Both the position numbers and the translations under genes were made by a program. This document shows positions 6,697 through 15,549 of a stretch of 26,805 nt of DNA, in pieces. This stretch comes from Abditibacteriaceae bacterium (GTDB lineage Bacteria; Armatimonadota; Abditibacteriia; Abditibacteriales; Abditibacteriaceae). The notes under the pieces were generated by a model. That model was not told where the DNA came from. It worked only from the letters and a program-made list of their open reading frames with translations, and ran no database searches. The stretch's first letter is position 1; the number at the start of each line of letters is the position of its first letter. Location: the NCBI GenBank assembly GCA_031425655.1, contig JANPJS010000113.1:1-26805 (forward strand). The letters are read 5' to 3'.

Positions 6697-7830
6697 CGTT
6701 TCGCGCACCATAATCGCGCCGCAACGCGCGCACAGTCCCGCTGGCGTAAGAAACACGCTTTTGTTGCCGCATTTGCCACAGCGCGCTTCCCATTTGCGCG
6801 AGCGACGTGGCGCGCTCGCCACGCGTCGGGCGGGACGATTGGCTTCTTCCGCTTCGCCTCCACCAATGGCCCCGGCGCGACGCAAGCGCGCCACCAATTC
6901 GTCGCCCGGCTCAATGACATCGCGCATTTTCTGACGCAACCTCGCATCGCGGCGAGGCCGGCGTTTGGCGGGTTCGACTTTTTTACGCGGCTTATTTTCG
7001 GCGCTTTCCCCATATTGCAACGCGAAATCCGCCGGCACCCGCTTTCGAGTCGCTTTGACCGAAGCGGCAGGTTGTGCCGTCGCCGCTTTTGAAGATTTTT
7101 CAGCCGCCGGCAAAACTGGTTTTGGCACAGCGCGCGGCAAGGCCGTTTTAATCGAAGCCGGGCGCGTTTTCGTTGCGCGCAAAGGCGCCTTCGCGGCTTG
7201 AGGAACCAGCGTTTTTGAAATTGGCGCCGCCGGTTTCAGCACTTTGGAAACTTCGATTTGAGGAGCTTTGGCTTTGGGCGCTGTCGCAACTTTGCTCAAC
7301 TTGGTGACGGCAGTCGCCGCGCGGCTTGGCGCTTTCTTTTTAATCGCCGCAACCTCGATTTTCGGCGGCGCAGGTGAACGCCGTGATGAAACCGGTTGCT
7401 TAACTTCGACTTTGACAGCCACTTTTGAATGCGCCGCGCGCTGTTTTGCACGCACCGGCGCGACTGCCGGACGCCGCTTTTCAGGCTGAGACGCTTTCGC
7501 AGGCTGAGACGCTTTCGCGGGAGCGACTTTGACCGCTGCTTTCTTTGATTTTGTCGCGGTCTTAAGCTCTCTGTTGCGCGCGGCTGGCGCTTTAACCGGC
7601 GCTTTCAACCGCTTCAGCGCGGTTTTCTTCGGCGCGGCTTGAACAGTTGGCTTTTTCACCGCTTTCGACGCGATTTTCGCCGATGTTTTCGCTGCCGCTT
7701 TCTGCGCCGCTTTAGGCCCCGACGCCGCAGGCGACGGGACATCTACCGAACGGGATTTCGTCGGTGTTTTCGATGCGTTCTGGAGCAATTTCTTGGTTAG
7801 TGGCAGTGGAATTTTCTTCGCTGTCGGCAT
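6691..7830 (-). CDS. Lys/Ala/Pro-rich (histone H1-like) low-complexity protein with C-terminal Zn ribbon
   Basis: About 270 aa of K/A/P-rich sequence, then CGKC-x12-CARC. GAGGATAGG upstream of ATG. 18-bp tandem duplication at 7482-7517 (AKASQP x2). Confidence 0.7.
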   Translation of the reverse strand: MPTAKKIPLPLTKKLLQNASKTPTKSRSVDVPSPAASGPKAAQKAAAKTSAKIASKAVKKPTVQAAPKKTALKRLKAPVKAPAARNRELKTATKSKKAAVKVAPAKASQPAKASQPEKRRPAVAPVRAKQRAAHSKVAVKVEVKQPVSSRRSPAPPKIEVAAIKKKAPSRAATAVTKLSKVATAPKAKAPQIEVSKVLKPAAPISKTLVPQAAKAPLRATKTRPASIKTALPRAVPKPVLPAAEKSSKAATAQPAASVKATRKRVPADFALQYGESAENKPRKKVEPAKRRPRRDARLRQKMRDVIEPGDELVARLRRAGAIGGGEAEEANRPARRVASAPRRSRKWEARCGKCGNKSVFLTPAGLCARCGAIMVRETV

Positions 7831-7965
7831 AACGCACCTATCCTCATCATTTCATTGATACGAGTGATTTCAAGCCCAGTTTAGATTATCCAAGCCATAA
7901 AAACAAGCAATTTCAGTGAAATTTCACGACTTATTAACCCAAGTTGCTACCCAATTTTGCCTTGA

Positions 7966-8078
7966 GTCCCCCCGATTAAAATCGGGGTCTAATGATACAA
8001 AGTCCGCCTGCGCGGACTCAAAAAATAGTCCGCGCAGGCGGACTTCGTAACCATAGCGCCCCATTTCAATGGGGTGCG
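7966..8078. repeat. Composite REP-like element (two inverted double-hairpin units)
   Basis: AAGTCCGCCTGCGCGGACT (8000-8018) and AGTCCGCGCAGGCGGACTT (8027-8045) form a perfect IR. Flanking hairpins CCCCGATTAAAATCGGGG (7970-7987) and CGCCCCATTTCAATGGGGTG (8057-8076). Confidence 0.85.
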
Positions 8079-8166
8079 CGCAGCAGTTTTATAAGACCTG
8101 CGGGCAACCAAGCGATAGCATTTCTTGTCAGATTATTATTCAAATTTTGCATCGAGAATCACGCCC

Positions 8167-10875
8167 ATGAAAATCGCTCGTTTCCTGCCTTGCCTTGTCG
8201 TTTTCACGCTGCTTGGCGCTGCACAGGCGCAAAAGCCCAATGTTCCCAAAAAACCGGCCGCGCCAGCCGTGGAAGAAGTAGAACCGACACCCGAATGGCT
8301 CATTCCCAAAGCTTTGACACCCGAACAAGGCACGGCGCAAATCGAAGCCGTGCGCGGACTGATCACGCGCATGGTGCCGCGCAGCGCGGGCAAATTCGTG
8401 ATCGAAACTCTTGTGCCTGAACCCAAAGACGATACGGCGCGCGACGTTTTCGAGCTGCAAACGCAGGACGGCAAAGTCGTGCTGCGCGGCAACAGCGGCG
8501 TGGCTTTGGCGTCGGCGCTCAATTACTACCTGAAATACTATTGCAATTCGCAGATCAGTTGGGACGGCGTGGATCAAGTCAATCTGCCGGCGCAGTTGCC
8601 GCCGGTCGTGCCGAAGATCAAAGCCGTCAGCCCACACCCGATTCGTTGGGCTTATCAACCGGCCACGTTCGCTTATGCTTCGCCGTATTGGAACTGGACG
8701 AAATGGGAGCGCGAAATTGATTTTCTGGCGCTGAGCGGCATCACGCACGCGCTGGTTTTGCCCGGTCAGGAAGCCATCTGGCAGGCGACATGGAAAGCTT
8801 TTGGTTACAGCGACGACGAGATTCGCAAGTGGCTGGTGATGCCGGCGCACGCGCCGTTTCAAAGCACCGGTAACATGGAAAGCTACGGCGGCCCGGTTCC
8901 GCAAACGGTGATTGACGCGCGCCTCAAATTGGGCCAGCAAATCGCCAAGCGAATGCGCGAATTGGGCATCGAGCCGGTTTTGCCCGGTTATTATGGAATC
9001 GTGCCGTCCGACTGGAAAGCGAAGCACGCGGGCGCCAAAGTTGTGGCGCAGGGCAAATGGCTGGATACGTTTCAACGTCCCGATTTTCTCGACCCCGAAG
9101 ACCCGAAATTCGCCGAAATCTCCGCCAAATACTACGCGGCTTTGAAGCAAAATTTCGGCGAAACGCGCTTTTACCACGGCGACCCGTTTAACGATAACGG
9201 CAAAACCGGCGACATGAATTTAGTGGAAGTCGGTAAGGCGATTTACGCCGAAATGGAGAAAGCCTCGCCCGGTGTGACGTGGGTTTTGATGGCGACTTTA
9301 GAGCAGCCGATTGGCTCGCTGACCTTCGAGGTTGAAAAAAGCAATCTGCTGTTCGTAGACATGAACGCCGACCGCAAAGAACTCTGGAAAGACCGCAAAG
9401 GCTTCGACGACGTGGCGTGGATTTGGGGCGCGCAAAACGCCGACGGCGGGCGTTCGGGGATGACCGGCAATCTCAGTCAGATCGCCAACAACGCGACGTT
9501 CGCCTTGTTCAACGAGGAGTCGGGCAATATGGTGGGCATTGGCGCCACGCCGCACAGCGGCCAAAACAACGCGCCCTTTTGGGATTTGATGCTGGAAAAC
9601 AGTTGGCGCGGCGTGGAAACCAACGCTCCGCAATGGCTGGTGAAATATCCCAAGCGCCGCTACGGCCAAACTGTTCCGGGCGCCGACCGCGCCTGGGGTT
9701 TGCTGCGCGCCGCCGCTTACAGCCGCAGCGAAACTCTGCTGCCGCCGATTGCCTCGGTGCGCCCGTATTTCGTCGGCCCGCAGTTCAAGCCCGACGACGA
9801 ATCGCATCGGCGCGCCGACATGGCGCAGGTTTACGCCGACGCCTGGCGCGGATTGGTGGATTCCTCGCCCCAACTCGACCGCTCATCCGGCGCCGAAACT
9901 TATCGCCACGATTTAGCCGAAGTCGGCGCCAACGCTTTGGATGCGCTGGCCGGGCGCTACCAAGTGGAAATCTGCAAAGCGTATCGCGCGCACGACAAAG
10001 CCACGCTGCAAGCCACAGGCGCGCGGCTTCTGGGCTTAATGCGCGACATGGACGAGCTTCTCGGCACACGCCGCGAGTTTCTTTTCGGCGCGTGGATTGA
10101 CGAAGCGCGCAAATGGGGCACGACGCCCGACGAGAAAATGCTGTGCGAATTGGACGCGAAAACCATTCTCACCACATGGTCGCTGCCGCCCACGCAGCGC
10201 GATTACGCGCGCCGCAACTGGGCCGGATTGATTTCCGGCTATTATCTGCCGCGCTGGAGCGCCTGGCTGACATCGCTGGGCGAATCGCTGGACAAAAAAG
10301 CGCCTTTGGACGACAAAAAACTCCTCGATCAAATCGGCGCTCTGGAAATCGCGTGGCTCAAACAGCCGAGCAAACTCGCGGCTTTTGCCAGCGGCGACAC
10401 CGCGCAACTCTCGAAAAAGCTATTGGACAAATACGCCGCCGACTTCGCGCAGCCGCCTTTAATGGCCGTGAAAACCATTACCGGCACATGGTCGCCGCAG
10501 GAAACCACGACCGACAAAATCGTGTGGATGTGGGACGTTTCGGCATTAATGAAATCGCCCGGCGATTACGAAGCCGAATTCAAATTCAAAAGCGGCGATA
10601 GCGGCCTGCGCCTTTATCGCGTCAGCTTAATTCAGGGCACCAAAGAAATTGCGATAGACGACCACGACGGTTTCGCCAACGCCAGCGTCAACGCCGCCGA
10701 TCTCAAGCGCAATACGATCTACAAGCTCAAAGCCGGCACGCTCAACCCCGACCAGCCCGTGACACTGCGCGCCGAAGTTTCCGGCGATGCAAGCGGCAAC
10801 TCCAACGGCGAAATTGAGCTTCGCAAAGCGCCGCGCAAAGACCCGCGCAAAGACGCTGAAAAATACGGCGAGTGA
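8167..10875 (+). CDS. Secreted GH89 alpha-N-acetylglucosaminidase-like protein (catalytic residues atypical) with extra C-terminal beta domain
   Basis: Signal peptide MKIARF..AAQA. GNSGVALASALNYYLKYYC, WNWTKWEREIDFLALSG, GQEAIW, RMRELGIEPVLPG, FLFGAWIDEARKWG, DYARRNWAGLISGYYLPRW are GH89-type motifs. Confidence 0.88.
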   Translation: MKIARFLPCLVVFTLLGAAQAQKPNVPKKPAAPAVEEVEPTPEWLIPKALTPEQGTAQIEAVRGLITRMVPRSAGKFVIETLVPEPKDDTARDVFELQTQDGKVVLRGNSGVALASALNYYLKYYCNSQISWDGVDQVNLPAQLPPVVPKIKAVSPHPIRWAYQPATFAYASPYWNWTKWEREIDFLALSGITHALVLPGQEAIWQATWKAFGYSDDEIRKWLVMPAHAPFQSTGNMESYGGPVPQTVIDARLKLGQQIAKRMRELGIEPVLPGYYGIVPSDWKAKHAGAKVVAQGKWLDTFQRPDFLDPEDPKFAEISAKYYAALKQNFGETRFYHGDPFNDNGKTGDMNLVEVGKAIYAEMEKASPGVTWVLMATLEQPIGSLTFEVEKSNLLFVDMNADRKELWKDRKGFDDVAWIWGAQNADGGRSGMTGNLSQIANNATFALFNEESGNMVGIGATPHSGQNNAPFWDLMLENSWRGVETNAPQWLVKYPKRRYGQTVPGADRAWGLLRAAAYSRSETLLPPIASVRPYFVGPQFKPDDESHRRADMAQVYADAWRGLVDSSPQLDRSSGAETYRHDLAEVGANALDALAGRYQVEICKAYRAHDKATLQATGARLLGLMRDMDELLGTRREFLFGAWIDEARKWGTTPDEKMLCELDAKTILTTWSLPPTQRDYARRNWAGLISGYYLPRWSAWLTSLGESLDKKAPLDDKKLLDQIGALEIAWLKQPSKLAAFASGDTAQLSKKLLDKYAADFAQPPLMAVKTITGTWSPQETTTDKIVWMWDVSALMKSPGDYEAEFKFKSGDSGLRLYRVSLIQGTKEIAIDDHDGFANASVNAADLKRNTIYKLKAGTLNPDQPVTLRAEVSGDASGNSNGEIELRKAPRKDPRKDAEKYGE

Positions 10876-10885
10876 GCGTTTGAGA

Positions 10886-10997
10886 CTTTCAATGGAACAC
10901 GGGTTTTCACGGAAACGGCACAGATGAACACGGATTTTTTAGAATTGATCCGCGAAATCCGTGGCCGTTTCCGTGAAAACCCGTGTTCCGTTGAAAG
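10886..10997. repeat. Long inverted repeat of ~9-10-nt CACGG(A/G)-type units downstream of GH89
   Basis: Arms 10886-10919 and 10964-10997 are 33/34 complementary. Internal CACAGATGAACACGGAT units. Confidence 0.88.
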
Positions 10998-11475
10998 AGA
11001 ACGCTACAAACAACAAAGGCGCAGAGAGCTTAAAAACTCTCTGCGCCTTTGTGTTTTGGCGGTGAGCTACTTCGTGGGCGAGATTGGCTTCGCGACGGAG
11101 GAAGTTTTCAACAGTAACGCGCGAAACGCCGATGCGACGTGCTAACTCGGTTTGGGTTAGGCCGGTTTCTTCCAGAATGCCGCCCGCGACTTCGCCCGGC
11201 GTCGAAGGCCGCCGCGTCATGTGTTGCAATTGCTCGATTTTTTGCGGTTCCGTTGCCATATTTTTCAGGCCAACAAGCGGCTGGCCGGCGCCTGTCCAAT
11301 GCACCGTGGCGGCATCCGTCCATTTGTCCCCCGACGAGCACACGCTAAAATACGGATCGTGCGTCACGAGCGGCACCGAAGGAATGCGTCCGGTTAACGC
11401 AGCGTTCTGTGCGCTCAGTGGCGCAGCGAAAATCAACGACAAAGTTGTGAGAAGCAGTAGGAAAAGACGTGACAT
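10939..11475 (-). pseudogene. Chimeric remnant: signal peptide + DUF4964-like N-terminus (glutaminase-like/DUF5127 family) fused in frame to a truncated HigA-type HTH antitoxin
   Basis: aa 1-70: signal peptide then PSVPLVTHDPYFSV....DKWTD..T.HWTG. From ATG 11259: RRPSTPGEV...LEETGLTQTELARRIGVSRVTV (HigA-like). The tail is translated repeat DNA. Confidence 0.65.
11001..11067. repeat. Second palindromic element (CACCGC...AAAGGCGCAGAG type)
   Basis: ACAAAGGCGCAGAGAG (11013-11028) and CTCTCTGCGCCTTTGT (11037-11052) form a perfect 16-bp IR. Resembles the half-element at 26718-26748. Confidence 0.75.
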
Positions 11476-11496
11476 TTTTCGCAGATGAGAACGAGG

Positions 11497-12471
11497 TCAA
11501 GCACGCGCGCTGCGGCGATTCTTCAAGAGTTGATCGGCCAAAACGCCCATCAGAATTACCGCTCCGACGATGGCGAATTCCATCGAACTGGGAATGCCCA
11601 GCAGGTTGACCATGTTTTGCAAAACGCGCAGCAACGCTGCTCCGAGCAAAATGCCGACAAGGGAACCCTCGCCGCCGCGCAGACTGCATCCGCCCAAAAC
11701 AGCGGCGGCGATGCCGTAAAGCTCGTAAAAATTGGCGTGGTTGTTGGGCGAAATCGAAGGCGTGTCGAAAACGAACAAAATGCCGGAAATTGCCGCTAAA
11801 ACACCGCAAATAATGTAGGCCGTGGCGATGACGCGGCGCGTGTTGACACCGGCATAGCGCGCGGCTTCTTCGTTGCTGCCGACGGCGAACAAATGCCGTC
11901 CGTAAACCGAGCGATGCAGCACCATCCAGGCAATTGCGGCGATGACCAGCATGAGCCAGAAAGGAATTGGAATCCCCAACCAGACTCCCATAACTTTGGC
12001 TTGCAGCGCGTCAAAATGCGGCACATCACTGAATCCTTTGGTTTCATCGCTGGCAGTCAGGCGCGCGAAACCGCGATAAAGCAGCAGGCCACACAACGTC
12101 ACGATAAAAGGTTGCATCTTCGCTTTGGTAATGAGAAACCCGTGAAAAGTCCCCAGAAACGCGCCCAGCAGCAAAACCGCGCCGAAGCCCAATGCCACAG
12201 GCCAACCCTGCTCGTTCATCAGAATGGACAAGACAACGCCCACCAAAGCCATCGCCGAGCCGACCGATAAATCTATGCCGCCCGTGATGATGACAAAACC
12301 CAGCCCGATGCTGAAAATGCCATACATCCCGATGCGCTTGGCCATGTTGTGCATATTATCGCCGGACAAAAACACCGGCTCGCGCCACGTTGTTACCATG
12401 CACAACACAAACAGCAAGACGAAAAGGCCGAATTCCTTACGGCTGACAAGGTTTTTCAAAGAAGCATTCAT
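11497..12471 (-). CDS. Monosaccharide ABC transporter permease (RbsC/BPD_transp_2 family)
   Basis: IITGGIDLSVGS, PFIVTL, GRHLFAVGSNEEAARYAGV, YELYGIAAAVLGGCSLRGGEG motifs; multiple TM segments. Confidence 0.92.
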   Translation of the reverse strand: MNASLKNLVSRKEFGLFVLLFVLCMVTTWREPVFLSGDNMHNMAKRIGMYGIFSIGLGFVIITGGIDLSVGSAMALVGVVLSILMNEQGWPVALGFGAVLLLGAFLGTFHGFLITKAKMQPFIVTLCGLLLYRGFARLTASDETKGFSDVPHFDALQAKVMGVWLGIPIPFWLMLVIAAIAWMVLHRSVYGRHLFAVGSNEEAARYAGVNTRRVIATAYIICGVLAAISGILFVFDTPSISPNNHANFYELYGIAAAVLGGCSLRGGEGSLVGILLGAALLRVLQNMVNLLGIPSSMEFAIVGAVILMGVLADQLLKNRRSARA

Positions 12472-12482
12472 GGCGAACCTAA

Positions 12483-12515
12483 AAATCGTGCCGCCCTTTT
12501 GAGGCGGCACGATTT
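12483..12515 (-). terminator. Intercistronic stem-loop after binding-protein gene (partial terminator / mRNA stabiliser)
   Basis: AAATCGTGCCGCC / GGCGGCACGATTT 13-bp stem, ending in a T-run on the minus strand. Confidence 0.6.
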
Positions 12516-12525
12516 AATTAACGAC

Positions 12526-13584
12526 TTATTTTCCGGCGCGCAGCTTGGTCATTTCGACTTCAAAGCCGGCGATGTTGGCTTTGGTGATGGCCCGTGTGGG
12601 GACAATCATCTGCTTGTTGGCCGGAATCGCTTTGAGGTCGCCGTGCAGAACCTTGTTCATCAGCTTCAGCGATTCGTAGCCGAATTTATACGGCTGCTGC
12701 ACGATGGTCGCGCTGATGGCGCCGCTTTTCACGCCGGCAACCGTGGCCTTTTCTTCGTCGAAGCACACGATTTTGACTTTGCCGATTTTTCCGGCGTCTT
12801 TAACCGCGTCTAAAATCGCCGGGCCGTTGTAGCTCCACAAGCCCACTAAAGCCGCCACGTCGGGGTATTTTGTGAGCGTATCGGCGGCGTTATCTTTGGC
12901 TTTGCCGTGATCGGTGCCGTCGGTGCGCAAATCTATAATCTCGACTTTCGATCCCTTGAGCGCGTCCTTAATGCCCATATAGCGGTCGTTGGCGTTTTGC
13001 GCGTCCTTGTTGCCGACGAAAACCATGATCTTTCCGCCGTTTGGCAGAGCTTTTTTGATTTCCTCGCCGGCTTGCACGCCCGCGGCGCGGTTATCGGTTC
13101 CCACATAACAGGCACGGTTGCTTTTGGCCGCATCGCTGTCCTGCGTAATAACCAACACTTTGGCCGCCGCACCGTTGAGCAGCGAAGTCTGCCCTGCCGG
13201 ATCAACCGGACTGATGGCGATGCCCTGCACACCCTTGGACAGCAAATCGTCCACGATCTGCGTTTGTTCGGGCGCCGTGCCGCCGGCGGGCATATGAAAT
13301 TCGTAACTCAAATCGTCCATTTCGGCATCGGCCTTGTCGCAGCCTTTGCGGGCTAACGTCCAATAATCCGACGGGTTGTTGGTGATAAACGCGACCTTGA
13401 CTTTTTCGCCGGGCTTGACGGTTTTGAAAGAAGCCGGAGAACTGCCGGTTGAGGACGGCGAACCGCTGGTTGAAGACGGAGCGCCTTCGGGCGACGTGTT
13501 TTGGGCGCTTTCCTGTGGCCCGGAGCATCCGCCAACGGCGAATGCAACGCCGACCACAGACAGCAATGCGGGGATTTGTTTCAT
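12526..13584 (-). CDS. Sugar ABC transporter substrate-binding lipoprotein (RbsB-like)
   Basis: Lipobox AVGGC, Ser-rich linker, GIAISPVD, ITQDSD, YVGTDNRAAG, IVCFD, TIVQQPYKFGY. SD GAGG before ATG 13584; TATAAT at 13624-13629 (minus). Confidence 0.92.
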   Translation of the reverse strand: MKQIPALLSVVGVAFAVGGCSGPQESAQNTSPEGAPSSTSGSPSSTGSSPASFKTVKPGEKVKVAFITNNPSDYWTLARKGCDKADAEMDDLSYEFHMPAGGTAPEQTQIVDDLLSKGVQGIAISPVDPAGQTSLLNGAAAKVLVITQDSDAAKSNRACYVGTDNRAAGVQAGEEIKKALPNGGKIMVFVGNKDAQNANDRYMGIKDALKGSKVEIIDLRTDGTDHGKAKDNAADTLTKYPDVAALVGLWSYNGPAILDAVKDAGKIGKVKIVCFDEEKATVAGVKSGAISATIVQQPYKFGYESLKLMNKVLHGDLKAIPANKQMIVPTRAITKANIAGFEVEMTKLRAGK

Positions 13585-13674
13585 TATTGACCTCTCGAAG
13601 ATGGAATTATTGCGGCACCGCAAATTATAACGCCGCGTTGGGATTGACGCACAAAATAACGGCAATGATAATGC

Positions 13675-13705
13675 AAAAAACGCCCGCCGAAATTTTGGAG
13701 GGCGC
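13675..13705 (-). terminator. Probable intrinsic terminator after SirB1-like gene
   Basis: Minus strand reads GCGCCCTCC-AAAATTTC-GGCGGGCG-TTTTTT immediately after the stop. Confidence 0.55.
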
Positions 13706-13707
13706 TG

Positions 13708-14547
13708 TTACAAACCGGGTTCCTGTTCGCGCAGTTGTTCGAGAAAAAGCAGGGCGCGATGCACTTTGTCGCGCTCGCCGGCAAATTGATAGGCATTGGC
13801 CAGATTGGCCAGCACGCGCGCCGTGATTTCGGCCACGCGCGCCGATTGCGCGGTGTCCGGCGCGGCTCGCGCGATGGAAATCGCTTCGGCACTCGAAAGC
13901 TCGCGCCCGCCGTCGTAGCAATCGAAATACGTATCGCCGTCGCGCGCTAAAAAGTGGCCCGGAAAGGCCGCGCCGTGAATTTTCAGGCCCAAACGGTGCC
14001 CGACCATCATCAAAATAACGACTAAGCTCAGCGGCAGGCCTTCGCCGCTTTCCAAAACGTGCAGCAGATTGCCATTATAAGGATGGTAATAATTTTCCGG
14101 AGCGGCGCCCACGAAGCGATTCTCGCCAAAAAGCCAGTGCGCTAAATGCGCCGTGTCGAATTCATCGTGCGTCAGACGGAAATCTGCCGCCAGTTCGTCC
14201 AACGCAAGGCCAAGAGGCGCGCTTTCATCGGCGCGTCCGTCGAAATCCCATTCAAATTGCACGCGCGCCAGATGATCGAGCGCGTTTTCCAGAACCAGAT
14301 AATGGTCGCCGTTTATGTTCCATTGGCGCCATAACACGCCGAAAGCCGGCGCAGTGCGCGTCAGGCTGGCACGCACGATGGCGTCCAACATCGCCTGCTG
14401 ATCGTCGCTGGGATGCAATCCAGCGGCGGCGATTTCGCGTCCCAGCGCCGGGCCAAATTCGCGCAAAGCACGGCGCACTTTGGCGCGCACAACCGGCGAT
14501 TGGTCGTCGAGAAGCTTGAGTAAGGCCGGGAGGTTTTCTCGTTGCAC
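13708..14547 (-). CDS. SirB1 / transglutaminase-like (Transglut_core2) family protein
   Basis: ALLKLLDD N-terminus, YYHPYN..L.HVLE...GLPLSL..I...VGHRLGL...G..FPGHFL, R.LANL...Y. Confidence 0.82.
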   Translation of the reverse strand: MQRENLPALLKLLDDQSPVVRAKVRRALREFGPALGREIAAAGLHPSDDQQAMLDAIVRASLTRTAPAFGVLWRQWNINGDHYLVLENALDHLARVQFEWDFDGRADESAPLGLALDELAADFRLTHDEFDTAHLAHWLFGENRFVGAAPENYYHPYNGNLLHVLESGEGLPLSLVVILMMVGHRLGLKIHGAAFPGHFLARDGDTYFDCYDGGRELSSAEAISIARAAPDTAQSARVAEITARVLANLANAYQFAGERDKVHRALLFLEQLREQEPGL

Positions 14548-14590
14548 GTTTGAAATTTAGAAGTTATTTGACCAAGACCAATTGCGCCTC

Positions 14591-14635
14591 CGGCGGCCCC
14601 CAAGCCCCCTTGACAAGGGGGTTTGGGAGTCGCCG
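14591..14635. repeat. Palindrome with CCCCCTTGACAAGGGGG core after rhodanese stop
   Basis: Arms 14591-14612 and 14614-14635, 19/22 complementary; no U-tract. Confidence 0.7.
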
Positions 14636-15028
14636 TTAGTGCTGAATCGGCTCGCCTTCCTGCGTAATCGGACGATTGGAATCCGCAATCCATTCGCGCC
14701 AGCCGCCGCGCAGCGACCGCACGTTGGTGTAGCCCATCGTTTGCAGCGCGTCGGCGGCCAAAGCCGAGCGGTTGCCGCCGCGACAATACAGCACGATTTC
14801 CGCGTCGGTGTCCGGCACTTCGTCCGCGATATGATATTCGAGAATGCCGCGTCCGATGCCACGCGCGCCCGGCAAATGTCCGGCGCGAAATTCATCGTTT
14901 TCGCGCACGTCAATTAGCACCATATCCGACGCGGTTTTTAATTTCGCGGCCAACTCGTCGGCGCTAATTTCGTGAATGCGGCTTTTGGCGTCGTCAGCTA
15001 AATCGGCGAAGGTTTTCTTCAATGCCAT
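14636..15028 (-). CDS. Single-domain rhodanese-like sulfurtransferase
   Basis: LIDVRE..EF..GHLPGA, active loop YCRGGNRS, GY.NV.SL.GG...W. Confidence 0.92.
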   Translation of the reverse strand: MALKKTFADLADDAKSRIHEISADELAAKLKTASDMVLIDVRENDEFRAGHLPGARGIGRGILEYHIADEVPDTDAEIVLYCRGGNRSALAADALQTMGYTNVRSLRGGWREWIADSNRPITQEGEPIQH

Positions 15029-15031
15029 GAT

Positions 15032-15415
15032 TTAATTCAAAAAATTGTGCGGCAAGAGCGCGAACGGAGGAATCGTGACCTCAAAGCTTTCGCCGCTGAG
15101 GCGAACCATGTGATACGTCCCGCGCATCGTGCCCCATTCGGTGGGCAGAGGGCAGCCGCTGCTGTAAGCAAACGATTCGCCCGGCTCCAACAATGGCTGC
15201 TGGCGGATCACGCCTTCGCCGCGCACTTCCTCGACGTTGTTCAAAGCGTCTTTTATCAGCCAGTGGCGCGTCAGAAGTTGCGCCGGCTCGCCGCCTTCGT
15301 TGGTAATGCGAATGTGATACGCGAAAAGAAACTCGTTGGCGTCGGGATTGGAAGCGGTGGGCAGATATTCGGCGTTCACGCTCACGCGAATGCCGTGCGT
15401 CGTCTGGATAGGCAT
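15032..15415 (-). CDS. apaG: ApaG (DUF525)
   Basis: FAYHIRITN....AQLLTRHW.I.D....EEVRGEGV..QP.L.PGESF.Y.SGCPL.T.WGTMRGTY. Extended -10 TGcTACAAT at 15463-15471 (minus). Confidence 0.95.
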   Translation of the reverse strand: MPIQTTHGIRVSVNAEYLPTASNPDANEFLFAYHIRITNEGGEPAQLLTRHWLIKDALNNVEEVRGEGVIRQQPLLEPGESFAYSSGCPLPTEWGTMRGTYHMVRLSGESFEVTIPPFALLPHNFLN

Positions 15416-15549
15416 GAATTCCTCGCTGGTTCAGGTTTTGGCAGCACAAAAGCGCCACTGATATTGTAGCACCTGACGAAAACCAACACGCGCCACGCGC
15501 CAAAGGCAAGCATTGCTTTGTCAAACTAAAGCGGAGGTTTTAAGCATTT

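Noticed and set aside
6507..7092. ORFs containing HKKHKRHK / LCLLCFLW
   Set aside because: These peptides are translations of the 6624-6696 palindrome, and the ORFs overlap real genes.
8140..10601. Long alternative-frame ORFs within GH89 (and similar ones within gmd, kinase and sugar ABC genes)
   Set aside because: Expected stop-poor shadow frames in GC-rich coding DNA with no recognisable motifs.
15141..15156. Third copy of the 15-nt motif inside apaG (GGGCAGAGGGCAGC)
   Set aside because: Only a partial match, no hairpin, and it encodes the conserved SGCPL motif of ApaG with no length gain.
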